This document shows, piece by piece, positions 8,275 through 18,486 of a DNA stretch of 64,000 nt. This DNA is from Thermodesulfovibrionales bacterium. GTDB lineage: Bacteria; Nitrospirota; Thermodesulfovibrionia; Thermodesulfovibrionales; SM23-35. Below the pieces are notes generated by a model that searched no databases, was not told the DNA's origin, and saw nothing but the letters and a program-made list of their open reading frames with translations. A program made the translations under genes and the position numbers. How positions within the stretch are numbered: the first letter of the stretch is position 1; every line of letters begins with the position of its first letter. The stretch covers positions 96,001-160,000 of the forward strand of contig CAVQRT010000007.1 of the NCBI GenBank assembly GCA_963715195.1, given 5' to 3'.

Positions 8275-9653
8275 GTCTTTTTGTCTGCTGCCTTCTTGAG
8301 TTTTTTGATTTGTTTCCTGACTTCATCCGGTGAAGTGCCGCCATAGGACTTCTTGTTTCTCACAGATTCCTCCGGCTTCAGGAAAGAATAAATATCCGAT
8401 GAAATCCGCGGTGAAAAGGTACGAAGTTCTTGAACGGAAAGCTGTTCAAGCGGTTTTTTTCTTGTAATACATGAGAGAACGATCTTGCCGGTAATCTCGT
8501 GGGCCCGCCTAAACGGGATGCCTTTTTTTACGAGATACTCTGCAAGATCGGTTGCAGTTGCATACGCGTCCCCTGCGGTAGCTCTCATCCTTTCCGTGTG
8601 GAAGGTGATGCCCGGTAACATCTCATTGAGAACAATAAGACACGATTTAACCGTGTCAACAGTATCGAAAAGGGGCATTTTGTCCTCCTGGAGATCTCTG
8701 TTATAAGACAGCGGGAGACCTTTCATGACTGTCAGGAGAGATATTAAATTGCCATACACCCTACCTGTTTTGCCCCGGATCAGTTCTGCAATATCCGGAT
8801 TCTTTTTCTGGGGCATGATGCTTGATCCGGTCGTGAAGGCATCGGGAAGTTCTATAAATTTGAATTCCTCTGTTGACCACAGAATAAGTTCCTCCGCTAA
8901 TCGTGATAGATGCATGATAAGCAGGGCAGATGCCGACAGGAATTCAATCGCAAAGTCCCTGTCCGAAACCGCATCAATGCTGTTCCGGGATATGCCATTG
9001 AATCCGAGAAGTTGAGCAACGTATTCCCTATCGACGGGAAGCGTTGTTCCGGCAAGGGCACAGGAACCAAGCGGCATCTGATTCACCCTCGCGTGAACGG
9101 TTTTCATTCGTTCAACATCTCTCTCCAGCATTTCGAAATACGCAAGCAGATGATGGGATAAAAGCACGGGCTGAGCTCTCTGTAGATGGGTATACCCTGG
9201 CATGAGCGCGTTCAGGTGCTTTGATGCAGCATCAAGGATGGAAAGCTGCAATTGTTTGATGAGCGATGTGATTTCCTGTGTTTCACTTCTCAGATAGAGT
9301 CTGAGGTCGAGAGCCACCTGATCATTGCGGGACCTCGCTGTGTGGAGTTTGCGACCGGCATCACCGATTTTTCTGATGAGAGCAGTCTCTATGTTCATAT
9401 GGATATCCTCAAGGTCTTCCCTGAATATGAATTTCCCTGCTGCTATTTCATTCGCAATTTCATTGAGTCCCCTGACTGTTTTTTCGGCATCCTTTCGGGG
9501 AATAATCCCCTGTTTGCCGAGCATTTTGGCATGCGCAATGCTTCCCTGTATATCGTATTCCCACAGACGGTAATCGAAAGAGATGGACTCTGAGAAAGAC
9601 TCAGCGCTCTTTGAGGTTTTTTCCCTGAACCGTCCTGCCCACAGTTTTTTCAT
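8271..9653 (-). CDS. argH: Argininosuccinate lyase
   Basis: KLWAGRF, HTARSRNDQ, GYTHLQRAQP, GSSIMPQKKNPD signature. Confidence 0.98.
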   Translation of the reverse strand: MKKLWAGRFREKTSKSAESFSESISFDYRLWEYDIQGSIAHAKMLGKQGIIPRKDAEKTVRGLNEIANEIAAGKFIFREDLEDIHMNIETALIRKIGDAGRKLHTARSRNDQVALDLRLYLRSETQEITSLIKQLQLSILDAASKHLNALMPGYTHLQRAQPVLLSHHLLAYFEMLERDVERMKTVHARVNQMPLGSCALAGTTLPVDREYVAQLLGFNGISRNSIDAVSDRDFAIEFLSASALLIMHLSRLAEELILWSTEEFKFIELPDAFTTGSSIMPQKKNPDIAELIRGKTGRVYGNLISLLTVMKGLPLSYNRDLQEDKMPLFDTVDTVKSCLIVLNEMLPGITFHTERMRATAGDAYATATDLAEYLVKKGIPFRRAHEITGKIVLSCITRKKPLEQLSVQELRTFSPRISSDIYSFLKPEESVRNKKSYGGTSPDEVRKQIKKLKKAADKKT

Positions 9654-9681
9654 ATTAGCAGTGAACTAATTTCTCATCGTC

Positions 9682-9751
9682 GTCCTTATCCGGCTTAACC
9701 GGATAATCCAGTATTTTTCTCTGGATGCTCCGATCAAGTCGGAGCATGACA
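9682..9751. repeat. Palindromic interspersed element, second subfamily
   Basis: gtc..ttatccgg-cttaa-ccggataa-tccag..ctgga-tgctccga-tcaag-tcggagca-tgaca: multi-hairpin with GTC/TGAC ends, intergenic. Confidence 0.7.
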
Positions 9752-9860
9752 TGTTTTATCTATTCATTTGCTTAAGTCGTAATAATAATAAAGGTCATGG
9801 AGAAGACTGTCAAGAAAATAGAGCGGTTATCGTCGCGAGCAAAGCCAGCCAATCTCTGCA

Positions 9861-10766
9861 TTATTCAGTATCATTCGCGAGCTTCAGAATGACACTCAGC
9901 ACTGCCTTCGTAACATTAGTGATAAACGCAAAGTCGAGGGTTTCAAATCTGTCATGATAAGTATGATAGTGAGGATTTCTGAACATGGCTGTGTCTGTCA
10001 GCATGAGTGCCGGATACCCTGCGTTCCAGAATGAGGCATGGTCGCTGAAACGCGTCTCAGGGATAAATCGACCCGACAGAGGAACCTTGTACGGGACTGT
10101 AATAAGTTCAGGGACATATTCACGGGAGATTCTGTGAAAGGCATCCATGACGGCTTTCGACCTGTTGTTTGCAATCACGCCAAGAAAAGTGCCTTTTTTC
10201 GGCACGGTAGCTCTCACCAGGAGAGGTACAATCTGACCGCCTTCTCCTTCATCGGTATATCCGACCGACTCAAGAATGAGAACGGCCTGGTATGAAATAT
10301 TTGATCTCTTTGCCTCCCGTGCAAAGGTCTCGCTGCCGATCAAAAAATGAATCGTCTGCGGCTGGGGTTCTTCAAGGGTAAAAGCTGCAAATTCTACTGT
10401 TCTGCCCAATTCCTGTCTGCTGAGGATCTCTGCTGCCTCGAGGAGAACTGCAACCCCGCTTGCATTATCATCTGCACCGGGACTGCCCCAGGCGGCATCA
10501 TAATGGGCACCCAAAAGAATCCGTTCTTTGACCTTATATGTGCCCTCCAGCGTAGCAATTATGTTCCGGTAAGATCGTTCGTGGAAGAGGACTTCCTGGT
10601 TTTTGACAGAGCACTGAAAAGATTTGAAAGTGTCTTCAATGAATCTTGCTTTTTTCTCCAGCTCATCATAGTTGTCCCACCCATGCCGTAATCCTTCTAT
10701 TTTTTTGATATACCCTTGAAGGCGTTCTGTGCTGACTTGTGAAATGATCTCGTTAATGTATGACAT
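9861..10766 (-). CDS. M28 family metallopeptidase
   Basis: GAHYD, PGADDNASG, FTLEE, SDHASF, YHTYHD metal-ligand motifs. Confidence 0.9.
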   Translation of the reverse strand: MSYINEIISQVSTERLQGYIKKIEGLRHGWDNYDELEKKARFIEDTFKSFQCSVKNQEVLFHERSYRNIIATLEGTYKVKERILLGAHYDAAWGSPGADDNASGVAVLLEAAEILSRQELGRTVEFAAFTLEEPQPQTIHFLIGSETFAREAKRSNISYQAVLILESVGYTDEGEGGQIVPLLVRATVPKKGTFLGVIANNRSKAVMDAFHRISREYVPELITVPYKVPLSGRFIPETRFSDHASFWNAGYPALMLTDTAMFRNPHYHTYHDRFETLDFAFITNVTKAVLSVILKLANDTE

Positions 10767-10826
10767 AAGTATTCAAACACAATCATCTGTATGTCATATG
10801 GTGATTGATGTTAAGATGACTGCTTA

Positions 10827-13457
10827 TTAAGATAGGGTTTTCCTGATAATTTCGTATAAAGATTCGAGAGCGGTGTTCAGCTTTTCAATATCCTTTGTGC
10901 CGCCCTGAGCTAATTCAGGTTTTCCCCCGCCTTTTCCTCCTGCCTTCGCAGAAATGTCCCTGACAATATCACCCGCGTTATATTTTGCCGTCAGATCCCT
11001 CGTCACCATGCAGAGAATCGCTGCGTTTCCATTATTTACCGATACAGCAACGATGATGCCTGACTTAAGGCGGTCTCTGATGTTGTCTGAGAAGAGGCGA
11101 AGTTCATTGGGATTGAGGCCGTCCTGACGTATTTTTACGACTTTAACGCCGTTCAGATCACGAGACTCGTTCAGCGCATTTGCTATTGTATCTCCCGGAG
11201 AGCAGGTCTTCAATTTCTGGATCTCTTTCTCCATGGATTTTGTATCACTAATAAGTTTTTCTATTCTTTCGAGCGGTGCATCTGTCTTCAGGATATGCTT
11301 AATCGTTTCCATTTCGGATCTTTTGCTTCTCAGATAACCGAAAGCTCCGGTTCCGGTAAGTGCCTCGATCCTGCGAATACCGGAGGCCACGCTTCCCTCG
11401 GATAAGATAACAAAGATACCGATTTGTCCGGTCGAGGTGCAGTGAGTACCCCCGCATAATTCAGCGCTGACGCCCGGAACTTTAACTACCCTTACGGTTT
11501 CTCCGTATTTTTCTCCGAACAGAGCAATGACGCCGGATCTAAGGGCATCCTGAATATCGGTTACTTCTGTCGTTACCTTGATATCCTCCAGAATCTTCTG
11601 ATTCACAAAATCCTCGATTTCATCCATTTCCCTCTTTTCGATCTGTGAGAAATGGGAGAAATCAAACCTCAGCCTTTCGGGTGTTACATATGAACCGGCC
11701 TGTTTTACATGGTCTCCGATCACCGTCCTTAGGGCTGTATGCAGAAGATGGGTTGCGGTATGATTTCTTGCTGTTGAGATTCTCTTTCCATCGTCAACAA
11801 GACAACGGACGGTATCCCAAATATTTATCTGGCCGCATTTAATCTCGACGATATGGACATGGAGACCAGCCTCCTTTTTTGTATGCAATACGACAACATC
11901 GGCATTCTCTGAGGTGAGTTTGCCGGTATCGCCAACCTGTCCACCGGATTCTCCGTAAAAAGGTGTTTTGTCGAGTATCAGTTCAACGGTATCCCCCTTT
12001 CTTGCCTCCTTTATGATTTTCTTATCTTTTAAGAGTGCCTTTATTGTTGATTCGGATTCGAGGGTGTCATACCCAATAAAATAGGTCTTACCTATCTCGG
12101 CTTCGAGTTCGTGGTAGATTGATGCAACTGCCTCTTCTTCACCAACCCAGGAAGCACGTGCACGTTCTCTCTGGACTTCCATTTCCCTGTGGAAGCCGAC
12201 CTCATCGATAACCAGTCCGTTGTCCGCTGCCATATCACGGGCAAGATCCAGGGGAAATCCGAAGGTATCATATAACCTGAACAGTTCACCTCCCGGGATA
12301 ACATTGCCGCCGGACCTTTTTACAGTATCCATAGTCTCATCCAGGATTTTCATGCCCTGTTCAAGGGTACGGGAAAATCTCTCTTCTTCGAAAAGAAGTA
12401 ATTTTGAAGCGCTGTCTTTCTCATGGATAAGCTCTGGATAAACATTTCCCATTGCATCGGCGACGGAGGCGACAAGACGGTACAGAAAAGGGCCGTCGAT
12501 ACCGAGAAGTTTTGCATGGCGAGAGGCCCTTCGTATAATCCGTCTCATCACATATCCTCTCCCTTCATTTGAGGGCATGAGCCCTTCACACAGGAGGAAA
12601 GATATTGCCCGTGTGTGATCGGCGATGACTTTTATGGAAACATCCCTTTGCCTATTCTGTCCGTATTCAACCCCTGAAAATGCCTGAATTGAAGAGATGA
12701 TGGGTGAAAAGATGTCCGTGTCAAAATTGGTCCCTTTCTTCTGCAGAACCGCTGAAATTCTTTCGAGACCCATTCCCGTATCAATGCTTGGTTTCGGAAG
12801 CGGTGTGAGTGTACCGGATTCATCCCTGTTGAACTGCATGAAAACGAGATTCCAGAGTTCCAGATATCTGTCACAGTCGCATCCCACACTGCAGCCCGAT
12901 TTTCCGCATCCAAAATCCTCTCCCTGGTCTATGATGATTTCAGAGCATGGCCCGCACGGACCGGTATCACCCATTTGCCAGAAATTGTCCTTTGCCCCGA
13001 GTCTGATAATTCTCTCTCCCGGAATCCCGATGAGATCAGACCACAGTGCTGCAGCTTCATCGTCTTCTTCATACACCGATACGTAAAGATCATCTTTCGG
13101 GAGTCCGAACTGATCAGTCAACAACTCCCATGCAAAGAGCATAGCATCCTTCTTGAAATAGTCACCGAACGAAAAGTTCCCGAGCATCTCGAAAAACGTG
13201 TGATGGCGGGCAGTATGTCCCACATTCTCGATATCACTGTGTTTCCCGCCCGCTCTCATGCACTTCTGGCATGAGACGGCTCTGGTATAGGGTCGCCGTT
13301 CTTCTCCAAGGAATGTGGATTTGAACTGGACCATTCCTGCATTGACGAAGAGCAGCGTGGGGTCGTGCCGGGGGAGGAGAGGGGAGCTTTGAACGATTGT
13401 GTGATCCCTCGCCTTAAAATATTCCAGGAATGCGGACCTGATATCGAAACTTTTCAC
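10827..13457 (-). CDS. alaS: Alanine--tRNA ligase
   Basis: DPTLLFVNAGM, HHTFFEMLGNFSFGDYFK, NHTATHLLH and ELCGGTH editing motifs, C-Ala GGKGGG. Confidence 0.99.
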   Translation of the reverse strand: MKSFDIRSAFLEYFKARDHTIVQSSPLLPRHDPTLLFVNAGMVQFKSTFLGEERRPYTRAVSCQKCMRAGGKHSDIENVGHTARHHTFFEMLGNFSFGDYFKKDAMLFAWELLTDQFGLPKDDLYVSVYEEDDEAAALWSDLIGIPGERIIRLGAKDNFWQMGDTGPCGPCSEIIIDQGEDFGCGKSGCSVGCDCDRYLELWNLVFMQFNRDESGTLTPLPKPSIDTGMGLERISAVLQKKGTNFDTDIFSPIISSIQAFSGVEYGQNRQRDVSIKVIADHTRAISFLLCEGLMPSNEGRGYVMRRIIRRASRHAKLLGIDGPFLYRLVASVADAMGNVYPELIHEKDSASKLLLFEEERFSRTLEQGMKILDETMDTVKRSGGNVIPGGELFRLYDTFGFPLDLARDMAADNGLVIDEVGFHREMEVQRERARASWVGEEEAVASIYHELEAEIGKTYFIGYDTLESESTIKALLKDKKIIKEARKGDTVELILDKTPFYGESGGQVGDTGKLTSENADVVVLHTKKEAGLHVHIVEIKCGQINIWDTVRCLVDDGKRISTARNHTATHLLHTALRTVIGDHVKQAGSYVTPERLRFDFSHFSQIEKREMDEIEDFVNQKILEDIKVTTEVTDIQDALRSGVIALFGEKYGETVRVVKVPGVSAELCGGTHCTSTGQIGIFVILSEGSVASGIRRIEALTGTGAFGYLRSKRSEMETIKHILKTDAPLERIEKLISDTKSMEKEIQKLKTCSPGDTIANALNESRDLNGVKVVKIRQDGLNPNELRLFSDNIRDRLKSGIIVAVSVNNGNAAILCMVTRDLTAKYNAGDIVRDISAKAGGKGGGKPELAQGGTKDIEKLNTALESLYEIIRKTLS

Positions 13458-13496
13458 GAATGTTTTATGAGTAGTAGTGCAAAAGTACCTGCCAGA

Positions 13497-13817
13497 TTAT
13501 TTGACATAGAGCAATCTTCCCTCATAGAAGAAGAGGATTTTTGTACCAAGTACCCCCATGGTGCCCTGTTCAGTATAAATCCATTCCTCCCTTGATCTGC
13601 CTTCATATGGTTCGAGGATTTTACTGGAATCAGGCGCCCCCCATGCATACCGAACCTGGTTCTTGGACATGCCGAGATCGACGGTTCCTGTACGTATCTG
13701 CTCCTGGATGTCGGCAGGATAATCTCTTATTTCATCCTCTGTGTACCGGATGGTTTTGGTACATCCGACTGCTGTAATACAGAAAAGTGCAACCATGATG
13801 AAAACAACCTTTTTCAT
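13497..13817 (-). CDS. Small lipoprotein (SmpA/BamE-like fold)
   Basis: Lipobox AVGC; GMSKNQVRYAWGAP and EEWIY pattern. Confidence 0.65.
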   Translation of the reverse strand: MKKVVFIMVALFCITAVGCTKTIRYTEDEIRDYPADIQEQIRTGTVDLGMSKNQVRYAWGAPDSSKILEPYEGRSREEWIYTEQGTMGVLGTKILFFYEGRLLYVK

Positions 13818-14284
13818 AACTCCTCCTTTCCAATTTTATCCTTTAATACCTTCATGATTGTCCCGGCAGAATATCCTCTCCGCAGGAGGAGATTGTACAG
13901 CCTCCGCTTTGCAATTCCTGGAGGATACTTTCCGAGAATCCTGAGCTTTTTATCGGCTAAACGCGATGCATTTTCACAATCGGTATTTTCAGAATTGCTG
14001 AATATGGAATCAACGATACTTTTCGGAACTCCTCGCCTCAGAATGAAAATTCGTGCACCGGACTGACTGAGCATCCTGTTCGTTAATGCCTCTCTTTTCA
14101 GCGTTTCAGCAAGCACATAGTCATCGAGAAATCCGGAATCTTTCAAATAGTGGATGGTTGTGGAAATAGCATGCGCTGAGACGCCCTTTTTTCGTAACCG
14201 TTCCTCCATCTCTCTTTCGCTCCTCCCCTTGTAGCTGAGGAGTTTCAGAGCATATTGTTTCGCCTTAGAGTCCAAACCGGTCAA
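13814..14284 (-). CDS. recX: Regulatory protein RecX
   Basis: ALKLLSYKGRSE.E...RL, GFLDD, LLRRGY; lies in the recA operon. Confidence 0.9.
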   Translation of the reverse strand: MTGLDSKAKQYALKLLSYKGRSEREMEERLRKKGVSAHAISTTIHYLKDSGFLDDYVLAETLKREALTNRMLSQSGARIFILRRGVPKSIVDSIFSNSENTDCENASRLADKKLRILGKYPPGIAKRRLYNLLLRRGYSAGTIMKVLKDKIGKEEL

Positions 14285-15437
14285 AATTCATCTTGTCCTC
14301 GTCATCAGGATTATTCGGCTTATCCGGCCGGAAGGAGAGTTGCTCCTCGATGCTCAGGTCGCTCGTTGACTGGATGCCTTTCACTTTGAGGACAAAATCA
14401 TCCGGATTGGTTGCCCTCCTGAGCGCTTCTTCATAGGTAATAAGTCCTGCTTTATAAAGGTTGAGAAGAGATTGGTCGAAGGTCTGCATGTTGTAATGGA
14501 TCGCACTCTGCTCGATCATGTCCTGAATCAATTTTGTTTTATCAGGGTCAACGATACAGTCCTTTATCATGGCAGTTGCAATAAGGATCTCGACAGCGGG
14601 GACTCTACCCTTGCCGTCAGCCCTCGGCATAAGTCTCATCGAGATGATAGCCCGCAGCACGGCGGAGAGTTGCAGGCGAACCTGTTTGTGCTGATAGGGG
14701 GGAAACACGGTGATGATCCGGTTGATCGTTTCGATAGCGTCTATGGTGTGCAAGGTGCTGAGGACAAGATGTCCTGTCTCAGCGGCAACGAGCGATGTTT
14801 GGATGGTTTCAAAATCACGCATCTCACCGACGAGTATGACGTCAGGATCCTGCCTGAGAGCCTGTCTCAAGGCTTTGCCGAATGACTCGGTGTCGGTCCC
14901 GATTTCCCGCTGATTGATGATGCTCTTTTTGTCCCGGTGCAGGTACTCTATGGGGTCTTCGATCGTTATAATATGTTCGGTCCGGTTAGAATTAATGAGA
15001 TCTATCATGGAGGCAAGGGTTGTCGATTTCCCGCTGCCCGTTGTTCCGGTAACAAGAATAAGACCCCTTGGTTCAGCGGAAATCTTTTTGATCACTTCAG
15101 GGAGCAGCAACTCGTCAATGGATGGTATCCTTGTAGGAATGACCCTGAAAACAATCCCGACCGTTCCTCTCTGCATGAAGACATTACATCGGAATCTTCC
15201 GAGACCGGGGACACCGTATGCAAGATCGATATCATACTTCTTTTTGAAAATCTCTGCCTGTCCGGGGGTCATCACCGATAAGGCAATATTCATGGCGTCT
15301 TCGTGGCTTACTTTTTTCTCGGATGCGAGGGGAGTCAGTTCTCCGAAAATTCTCAAGATGGGAGGCGATCCCGCCTTAATGTGCAGGTCAGATGCATCCA
15401 GAGAATGTGCCTTCTGCAACAATTCATTGATATCCAT
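14265..15437 (-). CDS. pilT: PilT/PilU-family type IV pilus retraction ATPase
   Basis: ASDLHI, Walker A GTTGSGKST, TIEDPIE, LRQDPDVILVGEMRD, GHLVLSTLH. Confidence 0.9.
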   Translation of the reverse strand: MDINELLQKAHSLDASDLHIKAGSPPILRIFGELTPLASEKKVSHEDAMNIALSVMTPGQAEIFKKKYDIDLAYGVPGLGRFRCNVFMQRGTVGIVFRVIPTRIPSIDELLLPEVIKKISAEPRGLILVTGTTGSGKSTTLASMIDLINSNRTEHIITIEDPIEYLHRDKKSIINQREIGTDTESFGKALRQALRQDPDVILVGEMRDFETIQTSLVAAETGHLVLSTLHTIDAIETINRIITVFPPYQHKQVRLQLSAVLRAIISMRLMPRADGKGRVPAVEILIATAMIKDCIVDPDKTKLIQDMIEQSAIHYNMQTFDQSLLNLYKAGLITYEEALRRATNPDDFVLKVKGIQSTSDLSIEEQLSFRPDKPNNPDDEDKMNFDRFGL

Positions 15438-15439
15438 GG

Positions 15440-16438
15440 TTACCTCCCTGCCTTAACAGATTCTGTGATCCTGTTTTCGATCTCTTGTGAAGTCTCGGGA
15501 TTTTGCTTGAGATACTCCTTCGCGTTTTCCCTGCCCTGTCCGATTCTATTGCCTCCGTAACTGTACCACGCTCCTGCTTTGTCAATAATTCCCTTTTCTA
15601 CGCCGAGATCTACAATCTCTCCAACCTTTGAAATCCCCTGGTTGAAATAGATATCGAATTCAGCCTGTTTAAACGGCGGGGCAACTTTGTTCTTGACGAC
15701 CTTAACCCGCACCCTGCTGCCGATGGTTTCCTGATTTTCTTTCAGGTTTTCTATTCTTCTGATGTCAAGCCTCATCGAAGAGTAGAACTTCAGTGCTGTT
15801 CCGCCGGAGGTAGTTTCGGGACTTCCAAACATAACGCCTATTTTCATCCGTATCTGATTGATAAAGATAACGGTTGTCATGGATTTTGATATGGCTGCAG
15901 TCAGTTTTCTGAGCGCCTGGCTCATGAGGCGTGCCTGAAGTCCCGGCAGTGAATCACCCATGTCACCTTCTATTTCTGCTCTGGGAACAAGTGCAGCTAC
16001 GGAGTCGATCGCAATGATATCAACGGCTCCGCTCCTTACGAGGACTTCTGCAACTTCGAGCGCCTGTTCACCGGTATCCGGTTGTGAAACGAGCAGATCC
16101 TCTATGTGTACGCCCAGTTTCCGTGCGTATGTCACATCTAAAGCATGCTCGGCATCGATAAAGGCTGCAGTGCCACCTTGTGCCTGGGCCTGTGCTATGG
16201 CGCCCAGGGCAAGGGTGGTTTTGCCCGATGACTCAGGACCAAAAATCTCTATGACCCGTCCTCTGGGAAATCCGCCGATACCCGTAGCGATATCGAGTGT
16301 CAGTGAGCCGGTAGGAATTATCTGAAGGCCTTCCGCAACTCCTTCTGATCCGAGGCGCATGATCGCACCTTTCCCGAAGTTCTTTTCTATCTGGGTGATT
16401 GCGACTTCAAGTGCCCTGACTTTGTCTTTCGTTGTCAT
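15440..16438 (-). CDS. recA: Recombinase RecA
   Basis: [39 protein letters not shown]. Confidence 0.99.
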   Translation of the reverse strand: MTTKDKVRALEVAITQIEKNFGKGAIMRLGSEGVAEGLQIIPTGSLTLDIATGIGGFPRGRVIEIFGPESSGKTTLALGAIAQAQAQGGTAAFIDAEHALDVTYARKLGVHIEDLLVSQPDTGEQALEVAEVLVRSGAVDIIAIDSVAALVPRAEIEGDMGDSLPGLQARLMSQALRKLTAAISKSMTTVIFINQIRMKIGVMFGSPETTSGGTALKFYSSMRLDIRRIENLKENQETIGSRVRVKVVKNKVAPPFKQAEFDIYFNQGISKVGEIVDLGVEKGIIDKAGAWYSYGGNRIGQGRENAKEYLKQNPETSQEIENRITESVKAGR

Positions 16439-16489
16439 GTTTCCTCCGTATCTGCGATGTGTTCCTGAGCGTATATTGATTCTGCATGT

Positions 16490-17065
16490 TCAGACTGAAT
16501 CTCTCATACCTAACGGTATGGTATACAAACAGGTATATTCTGCCCCTTTGGGTTTTAATTCACTTTTCATCAGCTTCACCTGATCGACAAGAAAATCTCC
16601 AAATCGTTTATCACGAAAGAGCGAGAGTTCCTTCACGAGCGAAATCATCCCCCTTTGAGACCTGACCCTCCCGAGTGTAAGGTGTGGGCTAAATACCTTG
16701 TCGTCCCGCTGAAACCCGAGCAGAGAGAGTGTGCTTTCGATGCGGTCTCTCAGTGCTTTCAGAAGATCGGAGTCGACGATACCGATCCACAGCACCCGGG
16801 GGTGTTTCTCGCCCGGGAATACTCCCGTGCTCTGTATAGTAATATAAAACGGCTCATATGATGACACAATGGGAAGGAGAGATTCCCGGATTTCTGTGAC
16901 CAGAGTTTCAGGCGTTGAACCAAGGAACTTGAGTGTTAAGTGCATATTATCCGGTTTTATCCATTTCATATCAGCATCATGCTTGTTCAGCATGTTCATG
17001 AGTTCACCAATTTCTCTCTTTATCGGTTCCGGAATATCGATTGCTATGAAAAGCCTCAGATTCAT
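16490..17065 (-). CDS. thpR: RNA 2',3'-cyclic phosphodiesterase (2H family)
   Basis: RLFIAI, two HxT motifs (HLTLKFLG, PHLTLGR). Confidence 0.93.
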   Translation of the reverse strand: MNLRLFIAIDIPEPIKREIGELMNMLNKHDADMKWIKPDNMHLTLKFLGSTPETLVTEIRESLLPIVSSYEPFYITIQSTGVFPGEKHPRVLWIGIVDSDLLKALRDRIESTLSLLGFQRDDKVFSPHLTLGRVRSQRGMISLVKELSLFRDKRFGDFLVDQVKLMKSELKPKGAEYTCLYTIPLGMRDSV

Positions 17066-17532
17066 CAGGAAAGAGATACAATGCCGGGAATTACCAACAA
17101 CAGTATCTGCAGAATTATATTGGTATATACGCCTGCCATAAGATCGTCCGCCATAATTCCAATTCCTCCGCTCAGAGAGGATTCCATGGTGCGAATCGGA
17201 AACGGTTTTAGTATATCGAAAAGTCTGAATAAAAAAAAGGCTGTAAGTGAGGAGCTTACGCTGAAGGGAATCAGGAATACAGAGAGGAAATATCCGCAGA
17301 ACTCATCAATGACGATATGTCTGCTGTCTTTGTCGTCGAGGAGCACTTCAGCCCGGTGAGCGGACAATATCCCGACCGGTATGATGATTAGCAATATCAG
17401 CAGATGGAGAACGGTGGACGGCTGAAGAAGCATAAAAATCAGAAAGGCGGCGACTGTTCCAAACGTGCCAGGAGCGTGCGGAAGATAACCGATAAAACCG
17501 AGCGTCGCGGTATATTTTATAATGCTGTCCAT
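17065..17532 (-). CDS. pgpA: Phosphatidylglycerophosphatase A
   Basis: APGTFGT, D...IVIDE, FRLFDILKPFPI, GIMADDLMAG. Confidence 0.95.
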   Translation of the reverse strand: MDSIIKYTATLGFIGYLPHAPGTFGTVAAFLIFMLLQPSTVLHLLILLIIIPVGILSAHRAEVLLDDKDSRHIVIDEFCGYFLSVFLIPFSVSSSLTAFFLFRLFDILKPFPIRTMESSLSGGIGIMADDLMAGVYTNIILQILLLVIPGIVSLS

Positions 17533-17695
17533 TCATCACTTTAGGGAATCTCATGTATTTTGTCAAGAAAACTGCATATTATCTGGATATTAATGTTTTT
17601 TATTGAAAGTACCTCGTTAATACCATATCATAATGACAGTGTATGAAACGCAAATCATCCGGGTGAAACGGACCGGAAACGGGAGAATCCTCTCT

Positions 17696-18286
17696 ATGGA
17701 TGCTTTGATACTGGCTGGTGGAGAGAATACCAGAATACCTGTACCAAAAGGTTTTTTGCTCATACAGGGGCAGCACGTAATCGACCGGAATATCAGTCTT
17801 TTCAGGAATATCTTCGGCAGAATTATTATCAGTACAAATGCACCGGAACTCTATTTCTACACCGGTGGCATGCTGGTTGGTGATATCCTTCCACAGAAAG
17901 GTCCTATGACGGGTATTTATTCGGCACTGACAGTTCCCGGAGTCATAGCGGTTTTTGTCTCTGCATGTGATATGCCCTTTATAAATGTTATACTTATCCA
18001 GTATCTTATCGGGCAATGGAAATTCGGAATAGATGCGGTTATTCCTGTTTACCGGAATAAACCTGAGCCGCTTTTCGGTATCTATTCCAGTAATATTACC
18101 GGAATCATGGAAGAAAGCATCAGGAACGGTCAGATGAGTTTGCAGAACTTTCTCGGCAGAATTAATGTTCTGTATATTGACGAGGAAGACGTGAGACGCA
18201 GGGATCCGGAAGGGAGATCCTTTGTGAATATCAATACTCTGGAAGATTACCAGAAAGAGACAGGAGGAAAGGAATGTTTGGGTTAG
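17696..18286 (+). CDS. mobA: Molybdenum cofactor guanylyltransferase
   Basis: ILAGG..TR, KGPMTGIYSAL, ACDMPF, EPLFGIY, FVNINT. Start reassigned to ATG 17696. Confidence 0.92.
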   Translation: MDALILAGGENTRIPVPKGFLLIQGQHVIDRNISLFRNIFGRIIISTNAPELYFYTGGMLVGDILPQKGPMTGIYSALTVPGVIAVFVSACDMPFINVILIQYLIGQWKFGIDAVIPVYRNKPEPLFGIYSSNITGIMEESIRNGQMSLQNFLGRINVLYIDEEDVRRRDPEGRSFVNINTLEDYQKETGGKECLG

Positions 18287-18486
18287 GAACGCAGGAGTTG
18301 ATAATCATTTTGGTTATCATTATTGTTCTCTTCGGTGCGACACGGCTCCCGCAGATCGGAAGCGGAATAGGCCAAGCCATCAAAAACTTCAAGAAGAGCG
18401 TCCGTGAGGGTGAAGAAATCGATGTCACTCCGGACAAGGAAACAAAAGACAAGAAAAAAGAAACAATAGAAAAAGAAGGTGATTAG
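18274..18486 (+). CDS. tatA: Twin-arginine translocase TatA/E
   Basis: MFGLGTQELIIILVIIIVLFGATRLPQIG. RBS aggagg. Confidence 0.95.
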   Translation: MFGLGTQELIIILVIIIVLFGATRLPQIGSGIGQAIKNFKKSVREGEEIDVTPDKETKDKKKETIEKEGD

